In this document: positions 27,272 through 36,056 of the stretch, piece by piece
Layout of the letters: every line of letters begins with the position of its first letter
How positions within the stretch are numbered: position 1 is the first letter of the stretch
Source of the DNA: Candidatus Uhrbacteria bacterium RIFCSPHIGHO2_01_FULL_63_20
GTDB taxonomy: Bacteria > Patescibacteriota > Patescibacteriia > UBA9934 > GWF2-40-263
DNA: 46,067 bases
Assembly (NCBI GenBank): GCA_001791045.1
Contig: MGDT01000006.1
Coordinates: 44,957-91,023, forward strand
Direction: 5' to 3'
Translations under genes and position numbers: made by a program
Notes under the pieces: generated by a model
Told to the model about the DNA's origin: nothing
What the model saw: the letters and a program-made list of their open reading frames with translations, nothing else
Databases searched by the model: none

Positions 27272-27898
27272 ATGATCCATGTTCCGAAGGCGGGATGTGC
27301 CGCCGCGTGTCTGGTTTTGCTTGGAGCCGGATGTTCGTCCGCTCCCTCCGTGCAGTATCCCCCCGTCGTCGCTCCCGTCGAACCTGAACCGACCCCTGTT
27401 GTGACCGAGACTACGAAGACGCTCGCGTTCCCCGGCCTCCTCCCCAAGGAGAGAATCGAGGGGAAGCGAATCCGCATCGAGACCGCCAAGGGCGACATCG
27501 TGCTTGACCTGTATCCGGACACCGCGCCGCTCACGGTGTCGAACTTCGTGTATCTCGCGGGCCAGGGATTCTACGACAATCTCACCTTCCACCGGGTCAT
27601 CGAGGATTTCATGATCCAGGGCGGCGATCCCAACGGGAACGGCACGGGCGGCCCCGGCTACAAGTTCCAGGACGAAGTCGGTCCGGGCACGCCGACGTTC
27701 GACAAGGTCGGGTTGCTCGCCATGGCCAACGCCGGTCCAGGTACGAACGGATCGCAATTCTTCATCACCACCGTGCTCACCCCGTGGCTCAACGGCAAGC
27801 ACACGATCTTCGGGGAAGTGGCGGAAGGGATGGAGGTGGTGATGGCCATCAAGGGCGGCGACCGGATGACGAAGGTGACCGTCGAGGACAAACCGTAA
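27272..27898 (+). CDS. cyclophilin-type peptidyl-prolyl isomerase, lipoprotein
   Basis: GAGC lipobox-like motif; [29 protein letters not shown] and HTIFG. Confidence 0.93.
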   Translation: MIHVPKAGCAAACLVLLGAGCSSAPSVQYPPVVAPVEPEPTPVVTETTKTLAFPGLLPKERIEGKRIRIETAKGDIVLDLYPDTAPLTVSNFVYLAGQGFYDNLTFHRVIEDFMIQGGDPNGNGTGGPGYKFQDEVGPGTPTFDKVGLLAMANAGPGTNGSQFFITTVLTPWLNGKHTIFGEVAEGMEVVMAIKGGDRMTKVTVEDKP

Positions 27899-27922
27899 GG
27901 AGATGCTATGCTGGGGAGACGT

Positions 27923-29026
27923 ATGAAACGCCTCCCTTTGCTTTTGGCCGCCATCGCCCTGGTCGGCGCCGGGTGCGCGGAGCCGGAGCCCGTGCCCTCG
28001 GTGGTCGAGGCCGCTCCCGAGGAGGTGCGCATGCCGCTCCCCAAGGAGGTACGCGGGATCTACTGGACCGCGCAGACCGCCGGCACGAAGCGCGGCGACG
28101 AGCTGCTCGCGTACATGCGGGAGACCGGGCTCAACGCGGCCGTGATCGACCTCAAGATGGACGACGGGGAGCTCGCGTTCGTTCCGGACGACGAGACGCT
28201 GCGCGCGTACGCCATGGAACAGCCCGTCATTGCCGGCCTCGACGCGCTCACGCGGAAGTTGGCGGACGCCGGTCTGTACCGCATCGCGCGCATCGCGGTG
28301 ATGCGCGACAGCGCGTACGCATCGGCGCACGCCGAGGCCGCGCTCCGTTTTCCGAAGGGGAGCCTGTGGCGCGACAACACGGGCGCCGCCTGGGTGGATC
28401 CCGCGGACCCGGGCGTGGCCGCCTACGCGCTCGCGCTCGGCCGGGAGGCCTACGCGCGCGGGTTCGACGAGATCCAGTACGACTACGTGCGTTTCGCCTC
28501 GGACGGGGCCATCTCCTCCATCCGTTATCCGGCCTACGACGGGACTCTTCCCAAGGAGGAGGTGATGCGGGCGTTCTTCAAGACGGTCGGCGGGACGCTC
28601 AAGGAGGAGGGGATCCCGGTGTCTTTCGACCTGTTCGGGATGACCTTCGAGAGCGTGGACGATTTCAACATCGGCCAGCGACTGATCGACGCCTACCCGC
28701 ACGCCGATTTCGTCTCGCCCATGACCTACCCGTCGCATTACGCCGCCGGGTTCCAGGGCTACCGGAACCCCGCGCTGTACCCCTACGAGGTGCCCACGCA
28801 CTCGTTCGAATCGGGGAAAGCAATGCTTGAGAAGGAACTGGGCGTGCCGCAAGGCGAAAGCGCTTCGCACATCCGCCCGTGGATCCAGGATTTCGACATC
28901 GGCGCCATCTACACCGCGGCGCGCATCGAGGCGCAGATCCGGGCGGCCCGCGACGCAGGCGCGAGCGGCTGGATGCTCTGGAACGCGCGCAACGTGTACG
29001 AGAGGGCGGAGTACGTCAAGGAATAG
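27923..29026 (+). CDS. putative glycoside hydrolase (DUF4015-like) lipoprotein
   Basis: GAGC; RGIY, VIDLK.DDG, GFDEIQYDYVRF, SPM.YPSHY, RPWIQDF and WMLWN motifs. Confidence 0.85.
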   Translation: MKRLPLLLAAIALVGAGCAEPEPVPSVVEAAPEEVRMPLPKEVRGIYWTAQTAGTKRGDELLAYMRETGLNAAVIDLKMDDGELAFVPDDETLRAYAMEQPVIAGLDALTRKLADAGLYRIARIAVMRDSAYASAHAEAALRFPKGSLWRDNTGAAWVDPADPGVAAYALALGREAYARGFDEIQYDYVRFASDGAISSIRYPAYDGTLPKEEVMRAFFKTVGGTLKEEGIPVSFDLFGMTFESVDDFNIGQRLIDAYPHADFVSPMTYPSHYAAGFQGYRNPALYPYEVPTHSFESGKAMLEKELGVPQGESASHIRPWIQDFDIGAIYTAARIEAQIRAARDAGASGWMLWNARNVYERAEYVKE

Positions 29027-29065
29027 ATTCGCCAGGCGCGAGGCGTTTTGCTATGCTGAACGTGT

Positions 29066-29320
29066 ATGGGAAACAATGAAATCACCACTGGTGAAATCCT
29101 GGATTTCCTGAAGGAGAACATGGTCACGAAAGACGACATGCGCGAGTATGTTGGTGGTCAGATTCAGGCTTCGGAACAGCGTCTGATTTCGCATATCGAT
29201 CGTTTCGCAAAGCTCCACGAGGCACTGGATACCGAATTGATCGCCATGCGCGGTAAGTACGACCGCTTGGAGAGCAGGCTCGAGATCGTCGAGCAAAAGC
29301 TTGGCCTCGCAGGAGCGTGA
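29066..29320 (+). CDS. small coiled-coil hypothetical protein
   Basis: 84 aa; MVTKDD and LESRLEIVEQKLG heptad pattern. Confidence 0.65.
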   Translation: MGNNEITTGEILDFLKENMVTKDDMREYVGGQIQASEQRLISHIDRFAKLHEALDTELIAMRGKYDRLESRLEIVEQKLGLAGA

Positions 29321-29362
29321 TCAGGATGTTGGAAGGCCTCGCCCCCGGCGTGGTTTTTTGTT

Positions 29363-29413
29363 GGGTAAGTATCCCAATTGCCACCTGGCTGGTGGCAATT
29401 GGGATACTTACCC
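29363..29413. repeat. perfect 23-bp inverted repeat with a 5-nt loop
   Basis: GGGTAAGTATCCCAATTGCCACC-TGGCT-GGTGGCAATTGGGATACTTACCC. Confidence 0.9.
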
Positions 29414-29445
29414 TTTCTTATCCGTAATTTTGCTATAATCCCCCC

Positions 29446-30843
29446 ATGCCTCGCCTCATCACCCAACGCAGTTTTTACCAGTACCTCAAATGCCCGAACT
29501 GGGTGTATTTCGACGCGCATGCCGACGCGCCCAAGCCGCACGATCCGCTCATGGAGCTGCTCGTGGACCAAGGGCTCATCAGAGAGAAGCAGCGCGAACT
29601 GCTCGCGGGGCGTCCGGACGTCGCCGAGGTGACCTACGAGGATCCTGAAGAGGCGTTTTCGCAGACGCTCCGGTTCATGCACGAGGGCCGAGGCACCATT
29701 TACCGCGCGGTGCTCATCGACAAGCATTGGATCGGCACCCCCGACGTGCTCGAGAAGGTGGAGGGCCGTTCCAAGGTGGGGGATTGGTATTACGTGGCCG
29801 CGGATTTCAAGGCCACGCGCGAGGTGCGCGACGACCACATGTTCCAAGGATGCTTCTACGCCGAGCTGTTGGAACGCATCCAAGGGGTGAAGCCCGAACG
29901 CGGATACGTGATCACGCCGGACCGCGCGGTGCTCCCGTACGGCATCGCGCCGTTCGAAACCGCGTACGCGCTGACCCTCGACGAGATCGAGCGCATCGTG
30001 GCCGGACAAAAGCCGGCGCATTTCACCACGAGCGGGTGCAAGCAATCCCCCTGGTTCGAGAAATGCCGCGCTCTCTCGGAGGGGTGCGACGACCTGTCAT
30101 TGCTCAACCGCGTGTGGCGCGAGGAAGTGGCGCGGCTCGAGGCGGCGGGGGTGAAGACGATCAGCGCGCTTGCCGCCGCGTCCGTCGAGGACCTGTCGCA
30201 TCGGGCGCCGGACGTGCGTCCCGAGCGCATCGAGCGCATGCGCGACCAGGCCGTGGCGATCAAGAACGGCACGCATCTCATCACCGGGGCCGTGGACTTT
30301 CCCGAGGGGAAGCGCGCCGTCTATTTCGACATCGAGAGCGATCCCTTGCGCGACCTGGACTACCTGTTCGGCGTGCTCGTGGTGGACGGCGCCCAGAGCG
30401 AATACCGCGCCTTCTTCGCTTCCTCGCCCGAGGATCAGGAACGCATGTGGAAGGAGTTTTGCGGATTCATCGAGAGTCATTTCGACGTCCCCGTGTACCA
30501 TTACGGCTCGTTCGAGGCCGACGTGCTACGGCGGTTCGCGGCGAAGTACGGGAGCAGTTCCATCGCCCGCGAGGCGCTGGAGAGGAACCTCATCGACGTG
30601 AACGTGGCGTTGCGCACCGCGGTCATCTTCCCGCTCACCTTTTACAGCCTCAAGGACATCGCGAGCTACCTCGGGTTTTCCTGGCGCGCCGAGGACGCGT
30701 CGGGCGCGAACTCGGTGCTGTGGTTCGAGAAATGGCTCGCGACCAAGGACGACGCCCTCAAGCGGAAGATCTTGGACTATAATGAGGATGACGTGCGCGC
30801 CACCTGGAAACTCAAGGAATGGCTCCAAGGACATTGCCTATGA
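29446..30843 (+). CDS. TM0106-family RecB-like nuclease with a C-terminal RNase H-like domain
   Basis: G.PD.L..DFK..Q...Y nuclease motifs; YFDIE, YLFG, YHYG..E, YSLK and YNEDDV. Confidence 0.85.
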   Translation: MPRLITQRSFYQYLKCPNWVYFDAHADAPKPHDPLMELLVDQGLIREKQRELLAGRPDVAEVTYEDPEEAFSQTLRFMHEGRGTIYRAVLIDKHWIGTPDVLEKVEGRSKVGDWYYVAADFKATREVRDDHMFQGCFYAELLERIQGVKPERGYVITPDRAVLPYGIAPFETAYALTLDEIERIVAGQKPAHFTTSGCKQSPWFEKCRALSEGCDDLSLLNRVWREEVARLEAAGVKTISALAAASVEDLSHRAPDVRPERIERMRDQAVAIKNGTHLITGAVDFPEGKRAVYFDIESDPLRDLDYLFGVLVVDGAQSEYRAFFASSPEDQERMWKEFCGFIESHFDVPVYHYGSFEADVLRRFAAKYGSSSIAREALERNLIDVNVALRTAVIFPLTFYSLKDIASYLGFSWRAEDASGANSVLWFEKWLATKDDALKRKILDYNEDDVRATWKLKEWLQGHCL

Positions 30844-31019
30844 AATCCGTATCCAAGCTCGAACTCCCGATCGCCATCGGCGCCGCCGCGTTCCTGGTCG
30901 CCGTCTCCCTCCTCGCGATCGCGGCCACGCGACGGACGCCGACGGTCGAGATCATCGAGTCCCCGAGCCCGTCCGTGTCCAAGCCCCTGCCGGCAGGGGA
31001 GACGCCGGTTTCCCGGTGA
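30840..31019 (+). CDS. small single-TM hypothetical protein
   Basis: 59 aa with TM; ATGA overlap with the upstream gene. Confidence 0.55.
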   Translation: MKSVSKLELPIAIGAAAFLVAVSLLAIAATRRTPTVEIIESPSPSVSKPLPAGETPVSR

Positions 31020-31021
31020 GT

Positions 31022-31465
31022 ATGGCCCGCGAGATCTCCGAACGGACGCTCCTCATCGTCTTCGTCCCGCTGTTCCTGCTCGTGATCGTGACGGCGAGCT
31101 GGGCGATCCGGTCTTCGCGAGCGCCCGAGCAGGTGCCGCTTGAGGCCTTGCCGCTCGCGACCCAGGTGATGTACGGTCACCCGTCCCCAAGCATCTGCGA
31201 AGCGGCCGGGGGGGCGGTCAGATACGAACGCGTGACCGAATGTTTCAGCGGTCCCGGCGTGCACGACGCGTGCGAGTTCCCGGGCGTGCTGTGCTTCACC
31301 GGCGGAGACGGAAGCGTATGCCGCGAAGCGCGCGCGCCGTACTGCGCGTGCGAGGGGGCCGACGACTGTCCGGACCGCATGGTCTGCCAAGGCCCGCAGG
31401 TCGGGGAGACGCGTTGCGTCCCGTCCCCGTCGTATCCGTATCCAAAGCCCTATCCTATTTATTAG
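31022..31465 (+). CDS. membrane-anchored Cys-rich hypothetical protein
   Basis: N-terminal TM followed by a domain with 10 Cys. Confidence 0.7.
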   Translation: MAREISERTLLIVFVPLFLLVIVTASWAIRSSRAPEQVPLEALPLATQVMYGHPSPSICEAAGGAVRYERVTECFSGPGVHDACEFPGVLCFTGGDGSVCREARAPYCACEGADDCPDRMVCQGPQVGETRCVPSPSYPYPKPYPIY

Positions 31466-31471
31466 CCCCAC

Positions 31472-32311
31472 ATGCATCTTCGCGCGAAGCTCATCTTGAT
31501 CCCGTTCGCCATCGCGGCCGCGGCGTTCCTCTACGCCAACCGCGTGGCGGTTTCGGACGTCTTCCGCGCCGCCGCCCAACCGCCTCTCCCCCCCGCCATC
31601 ACCTACGAGGAGGTGGTGGAGACGGGTGACGACGAGGGAGGTCCGGTCGCAGGCGAGCGGTCGGAGACCCCGCGAGCCGAGGACGGACCTCCCTCGTCGT
31701 TGGGTCCCGTCTCTCCCGCTGACGAGCTTCCGTCCGCTTTCAACCTCGCCGTCCCATTCACCCCCCAAGCGCCGTTCGCGAACTGGGACGAGGTCCACGA
31801 GGAGACCTGCGAGGAAGCGAGCGTGTACATGGTGGAGCGGTTCTATGGCGGGCAGCCCAGCGGCCTCATCGACGCGCGGGACGCCGAAAAGGCGCTCCTG
31901 TCGCTGGTCGAGACGCAGCGCCGCTTGTTCGGGTTCTTCGAGGATACGACGGCGCGGCAGACCGGGCTGTTCGCGAAGGAGGCGTACGGCGTCTCGTCCA
32001 CGGTGATCGAGGATCCGAGCGCTGAGGACCTGAAGCGCCTGATCTTGTCGGGCCGGCCGGTCCTCGTGCCCGCCGCCGGACGCGAGTTGCATAACCCGTT
32101 TTTCACGGGCGAAGGCCCGCTCTACCACATGATCGTCCTGCGCGGCTGGACCGAGGAGGGGTTCATCGTGAACGACCCGGGCACCCGCCGCGGCGAGGGG
32201 TACGTCTATGGCGAGGCGACCATCATGGAGGCGATGGATGATTGGGATCCGGCCACGGCCGGCCTCTCGGGCGCGAAGCGCGTGCTGGTGATCGAGCCGA
32301 ACGAACCCTAA
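31472..32311 (+). CDS. C39-like (papain-fold) peptidase, membrane-anchored
   Basis: VPF.PQAP, CEEAS catalytic Cys, YHMIVL.G His and NDPGT motifs. Confidence 0.8.
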   Translation: MHLRAKLILIPFAIAAAAFLYANRVAVSDVFRAAAQPPLPPAITYEEVVETGDDEGGPVAGERSETPRAEDGPPSSLGPVSPADELPSAFNLAVPFTPQAPFANWDEVHEETCEEASVYMVERFYGGQPSGLIDARDAEKALLSLVETQRRLFGFFEDTTARQTGLFAKEAYGVSSTVIEDPSAEDLKRLILSGRPVLVPAAGRELHNPFFTGEGPLYHMIVLRGWTEEGFIVNDPGTRRGEGYVYGEATIMEAMDDWDPATAGLSGAKRVLVIEPNEP

Positions 32312-32317
32312 GCCCTC

Positions 32318-33526
32318 ATGTCCGTCCCGGCCGTCATCTCCGTCGCGCAGTACCTCGACCTGGTGAACGACCGGCTGCGCGAGGTGCCTTCGGACGTGGG
32401 CGTGGAAGGGGAGGTGTCGGATCTGCGCGTGTCCCACGGCAAGTGGGTGGGCTTCGACCTCAAGGACGCGCAGGGCGGCGGGGTGCTCAAGTGCTTCATG
32501 ACCGTGTGGCAGCTGTCCGTGCCGCTTGAGGACGGGATGCGCGTGCGCGTGACCGGGGGAGCCAAGGTGAGCGCCAGGTTCGGCAAGTTCCAGCTTGATG
32601 TCCGCACGGTTGAGTTGGTGGGAGAGGGGGCGCTCAAGCGCGCGTACCTCGCGTTGAAACGGAAGATGCAGGACGAAGGGCTCTTCGACGGCGCGCGCAA
32701 GCGTCCGATCCCGCGGTTCCCGGAACGCATCGGGCTCATCACTTCCCGCGAGGCCGCGGCGTACGGCGATTTCCTGCGCGTGCTCGGCAACCGCTGGGGC
32801 GGGGTCGAGGTGGATTTCGTCCCGGTGCATGTCCAGGGCGGGAACGCCGTCCCCGAAATCCTCGCCGCGTTCGAGCATTTTCATCATCTGGGCGAATCGG
32901 AGCGGCCCGACGTGCTCGTGCTCACCCGCGGCGGCGGCGGGCTGGAGGACCTGCACGCCTTCAACGACGAGTCCGTGGCCCGCGCGGTGTTTTCGAGCCG
33001 CGTGCCGGTGGTGGTGGGCGTGGGCCACGAGCGCGACGAGTCGTTGTGCGATTTCGTCGCGGACGTACGGGCGTCCACGCCCAGCAACGCCGCCGAGCGG
33101 GTGGCACCCAGCCGCGACGAGGTGCGCTACGAGCTCGACGCCATGACGCGTCGGGTCGAAGAGGTGTTGCGCGCGAACCTGGACGCGCGTCGTCGCATCG
33201 TGGAGCACGCGGCGTCGTCCGCCTCCGCGCTCGTGTCGCGCCAGCGCGAACGGCTCACCTCGGAACTCGACGCGTTCGGCACCGCGACCGACCGCTGGAT
33301 TCCCAATATCTCCGAACGCATCGAAGGGGCGTTGCGGGTGCTGCGCCAGGTGGATCCCAACCGGGTGTTGGCGCGCGGGTACAGCATCGTCAAATCTGGC
33401 AAAACCCTCCTCCGCGACGCCTCGGAACTTGTCGTGGGTACGGACGTGTCTGTACAATTGTCCCGTGGGACGTTCGATGCGAACGTTCTTCGTATAAACG
33501 GCACGGGCAAACAACGGTTGGTCTGA
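32318..33526 (+). CDS. xseA: exodeoxyribonuclease VII large subunit
   Basis: VEGEVS, EGLFD..RKRPIP, RGGGGLEDL..FNDE, GVGHE.D and LARGYSI motifs. Confidence 0.95.
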   Translation: MSVPAVISVAQYLDLVNDRLREVPSDVGVEGEVSDLRVSHGKWVGFDLKDAQGGGVLKCFMTVWQLSVPLEDGMRVRVTGGAKVSARFGKFQLDVRTVELVGEGALKRAYLALKRKMQDEGLFDGARKRPIPRFPERIGLITSREAAAYGDFLRVLGNRWGGVEVDFVPVHVQGGNAVPEILAAFEHFHHLGESERPDVLVLTRGGGGLEDLHAFNDESVARAVFSSRVPVVVGVGHERDESLCDFVADVRASTPSNAAERVAPSRDEVRYELDAMTRRVEEVLRANLDARRRIVEHAASSASALVSRQRERLTSELDAFGTATDRWIPNISERIEGALRVLRQVDPNRVLARGYSIVKSGKTLLRDASELVVGTDVSVQLSRGTFDANVLRINGTGKQRLV

Positions 33527-33527
33527 T

Positions 33528-33734
33528 ATGGCTGCCAAAGGAAAGAAGATGGATTTCGCCAAGGCGTTCGAGGAGCTCGAGGCCATCACCCGGTGGTTCG
33601 AACAGGAGGGGGCGGACCTCGACGAAGGGCTCAAGAGGTTCGAACGCGGGCTCGAGCTCGCGCGCGCGTGCAAGGAACGGCTCGCCGAGGTGGAGGCCAA
33701 CGTGAAGGAGATTAAAAAGAAGTTCGAAGCATGA
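33528..33734 (+). CDS. xseB: exodeoxyribonuclease VII small subunit
   Basis: F..AFEELE.I, LDE....FERG..L...C pattern; follows xseA. Confidence 0.93.
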   Translation: MAAKGKKMDFAKAFEELEAITRWFEQEGADLDEGLKRFERGLELARACKERLAEVEANVKEIKKKFEA

Positions 33735-33735
33735 T

Positions 33736-34089
33736 ATGGCCTCCATCATCCTCCGTTGGGTCATCAACGCCGTCGCGCTCGTGGTGATCGCGAACGTCGT
33801 CCCTGGATTCGGGGTGGACGGGTTCTACACCGCGCTCATCGCCGCGCTCGTGCTCGGGCTCGTGAACGCGCTCATCCGCCCGATCCTGATCGTGCTCACG
33901 CTCCCCATCACCATCCTCACGCTCGGATTGTTCGCGTTGGTCATAAACGCGCTCATGATCTGGTTCGTGAGCACGATCGTGAAAGGATTCACGGTCGAAG
34001 GGTTCACGCCGGCGTTCCTCGCCGCGGTCCTCCTGTGGCTGACGAGCGTCGCGACCAACTGGTTGGTGAAAAAAGCATCCGAAAGCTGA
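33736..34089 (+). CDS. YvlD-like 4-TM membrane protein (phage holin_4 family)
   Basis: LGLVNALIRPIL..LTLP...LTLGLF..VINA signature. Confidence 0.9.
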   Translation: MASIILRWVINAVALVVIANVVPGFGVDGFYTALIAALVLGLVNALIRPILIVLTLPITILTLGLFALVINALMIWFVSTIVKGFTVEGFTPAFLAAVLLWLTSVATNWLVKKASES

Positions 34090-34122
34090 ACATGAGCGGG
34101 CGCCTACGGGCGCCCTTTCCAT

Positions 34123-34815
34123 ATGTCCCGACCCACGTTCGTCCTGTCCCTTGGCGGCTCCATCGTGGCTCCCGAGCGGGGGATCGACACCGCGTTCCTC
34201 ACGGGGTTCCGCGACCTCATCCTCCGCCACGTCTCCCGCGGCTGGCGGTTCCTCATCGTCGTGGGCGGCGGCGTGACCGCGCGGCACTACCAGGACGCCG
34301 CGCGAGAGCTTTCCGACCTCACGCGCGAGGACCTCGACTGGCTCGGCATCCATGCGACCCGGTTGAACGGCCATCTGCTGCGCACCATGTTCCGCGGGGT
34401 CGCGCATCCGGCCGTGGTGAAGGATCCCACGCGTTCCCCGAAATCGTGGGTGAAGCCGGTCATGATCGGGGCGGGGTGGAAGCCGGGATGGTCCACGGAC
34501 TACGTCGCCGTGCGGCTCGCGAAGCGCATGGGCACGGACTTCATCGTGAACCTGTCCAACATCGACTATCTCTATAGCGAGGATCCGAAGAAGAATCCCA
34601 AGGCCGAGCCCATCTGCGAGATCGGCTGGAAGGATTTTCAGGAGATGGTAGGGGAGACCTGGGACCCGGGCATGAACGCCCCGTTCGACCCGGTGGCCTC
34701 GAAGCTGGCCCGGACGTCGAAAATGAAGGTGGCCATCGTGAACGGGACGGACCTCAAGAACCTCGACGCGCTCCTCTGCGGGCACCGGTTCACGGGGACC
34801 ATGGTCGGCGGTTGA
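34123..34815 (+). CDS. pyrH: UMP kinase (archaeal-type)
   Basis: VLSLGGS, VVGGG..AR.Y, D.LGI.ATRLN, PGWSTD and PFDPVA motifs. Confidence 0.92.
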   Translation: MSRPTFVLSLGGSIVAPERGIDTAFLTGFRDLILRHVSRGWRFLIVVGGGVTARHYQDAARELSDLTREDLDWLGIHATRLNGHLLRTMFRGVAHPAVVKDPTRSPKSWVKPVMIGAGWKPGWSTDYVAVRLAKRMGTDFIVNLSNIDYLYSEDPKKNPKAEPICEIGWKDFQEMVGETWDPGMNAPFDPVASKLARTSKMKVAIVNGTDLKNLDALLCGHRFTGTMVGG

Positions 34816-34852
34816 CGCTCTCCCTGCCCTTGGGTATAGTGCCGGGGCAATC

Positions 34853-34908
34853 GAATAGCCGCAGAAAACGGGGGCCGAAAGGCATAATTCCCGTCGAGGC
34901 ACATCACC
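34853..34908 (+). promoter_or_regulatory. L10 leader-like ribosomal protein autoregulatory RNA
   Basis: GCCGCAGAAAACGGGGG-CCGAAAGG-CATAATTCCCGTCGAGGC resembles the L10 leader core (GxAGA..GG..TAA..CC..CGAGG); lies upstream of rplJ. Confidence 0.7.
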
Positions 34909-35032
34909 ATTTCTGCGACTTCAGGTTGGCAGAATTTTTTAAATAATGCTACGAACCAACGGACGGCCACGAAACAACAAACACGCGATCTCGTAGTTTC
35001 GTAGCAAGTCCGTAGGTTCGTAACAACATCTT

Positions 35033-35530
35033 ATGGCAAAGACTCGTGCCCAAAAGGAGGAAATGCTCTCCGGGCTCGTCGACAAGCTCGGCCGCATGAA
35101 GGCGGCGGTGTTCACCTCGATCGCGGGGTACACCATGACCGACGCGGACGCGCTGCGCGCCAAGGGGCGGGAGCAGGGCGTCGAGCTCACGGTCGCGAAG
35201 AAGACGCTGCTTTCCAAGGCGCTCGAGCAGAAAGGGCTTGTGCCCGAGAAAGGCATGCTCCAGGGTTCCATCCTCGCCACCTTCGGGATGGACGACGAGG
35301 TCGCTCCGGCGAAACTCGTCTCGGACCTGTCGAAAGGCAAGGACAAGGAGGGGATCAAGATCGTGGGAGGGATCCTGGAAGGGAAGTTCGTGGGACCGGA
35401 GGCCGTGTCCGCGCTCGCGAAGCTCGTGAGCAAGCATCATCAGCAGGGCCGCGTCGTGGGCACCATGTACGCTCCGGTTTCCGCCTTCGTGCGCGTGTTG
35501 GAGGCGATTCGTGCGAAGCAGGCAGCTTAA
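35033..35530 (+). CDS. rplJ: 50S ribosomal protein L10
   Basis: K..K, VAKKTLL, APAK and GGILEG motifs; precedes rplL. Confidence 0.93.
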   Translation: MAKTRAQKEEMLSGLVDKLGRMKAAVFTSIAGYTMTDADALRAKGREQGVELTVAKKTLLSKALEQKGLVPEKGMLQGSILATFGMDDEVAPAKLVSDLSKGKDKEGIKIVGGILEGKFVGPEAVSALAKLVSKHHQQGRVVGTMYAPVSAFVRVLEAIRAKQAA

Positions 35531-35540
35531 TTAACGTACC

Positions 35541-35607
35541 GTAGTACGTAGGAGGTAGTACGTAGGGAAGGCCTGCATGCTACGCACTACGCACTACCAA
35601 CTACGCA
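35541..35607. repeat. inverted heptamer tandem repeats between rplJ and rplL
   Basis: GTAGTAC-GTAGGAG-GTAGTAC-GTAGGGA then CTACGCA-CTACGCA-CTACCAA-CTACGCA. Confidence 0.75.
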
Positions 35608-35615
35608 CTCTACTT

Positions 35616-36014
35616 ATGTCAGACGAAGTGAAAACCGAGGTCCCGGCGAAGTTCGCCTCCCTCGTGAGCGAGATCGAGAAGATGTCCGTGATCGACCTCG
35701 CGGAACTCGTGAAGGTGCTGGAAGCCAAGTTCGGCGTGTCCGCCGCCCCGGCCATGGTGATGGCCGCCGGTGGCGCCGGTGGCGCGGCCGCCGCGGAGGA
35801 AAAAACCTCGTTCGACGTCGAGCTCACCGCCGCGGGCCCGAACAAGATCAATGCGATCAAAGCCGTGCGCGAGATCACGGGCCTGGGCCTCAAGGAAGCC
35901 AAGGACATCGTGGACGCCGCCCCCAAGGTGGTGAAGGCCGGTGCCGCCAAGGCCGAGGCCGACGAGATGAAGAAGAAGCTCGAGGAAGCCGGCGCCCAGG
36001 TCACCCTGAAGTAA
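35616..36014 (+). CDS. rplL: 50S ribosomal protein L7/L12
   Basis: [33 protein letters not shown] and KLEEAGA motifs. Confidence 0.98.
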   Translation: MSDEVKTEVPAKFASLVSEIEKMSVIDLAELVKVLEAKFGVSAAPAMVMAAGGAGGAAAAEEKTSFDVELTAAGPNKINAIKAVREITGLGLKEAKDIVDAAPKVVKAGAAKAEADEMKKKLEEAGAQVTLK

Positions 36015-36020
36015 GGATTT

Positions 36021-36050
36021 AAAAATACCTTGCGGTCGCAAGGTATTTTT
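36021..36050. terminator. bidirectional intrinsic terminator
   Basis: AAAAATACCTTGCG-GT-CGCAAGGTATTTTT between convergent genes. Confidence 0.85.
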
Positions 36051-36056
36051 ATTCGC

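Noticed and set aside
33736-34089. Prophage suggested by a holin-family gene
   Set aside because: YvlD-like proteins are common chromosomal genes; no integrase, structural or lysis genes are nearby.
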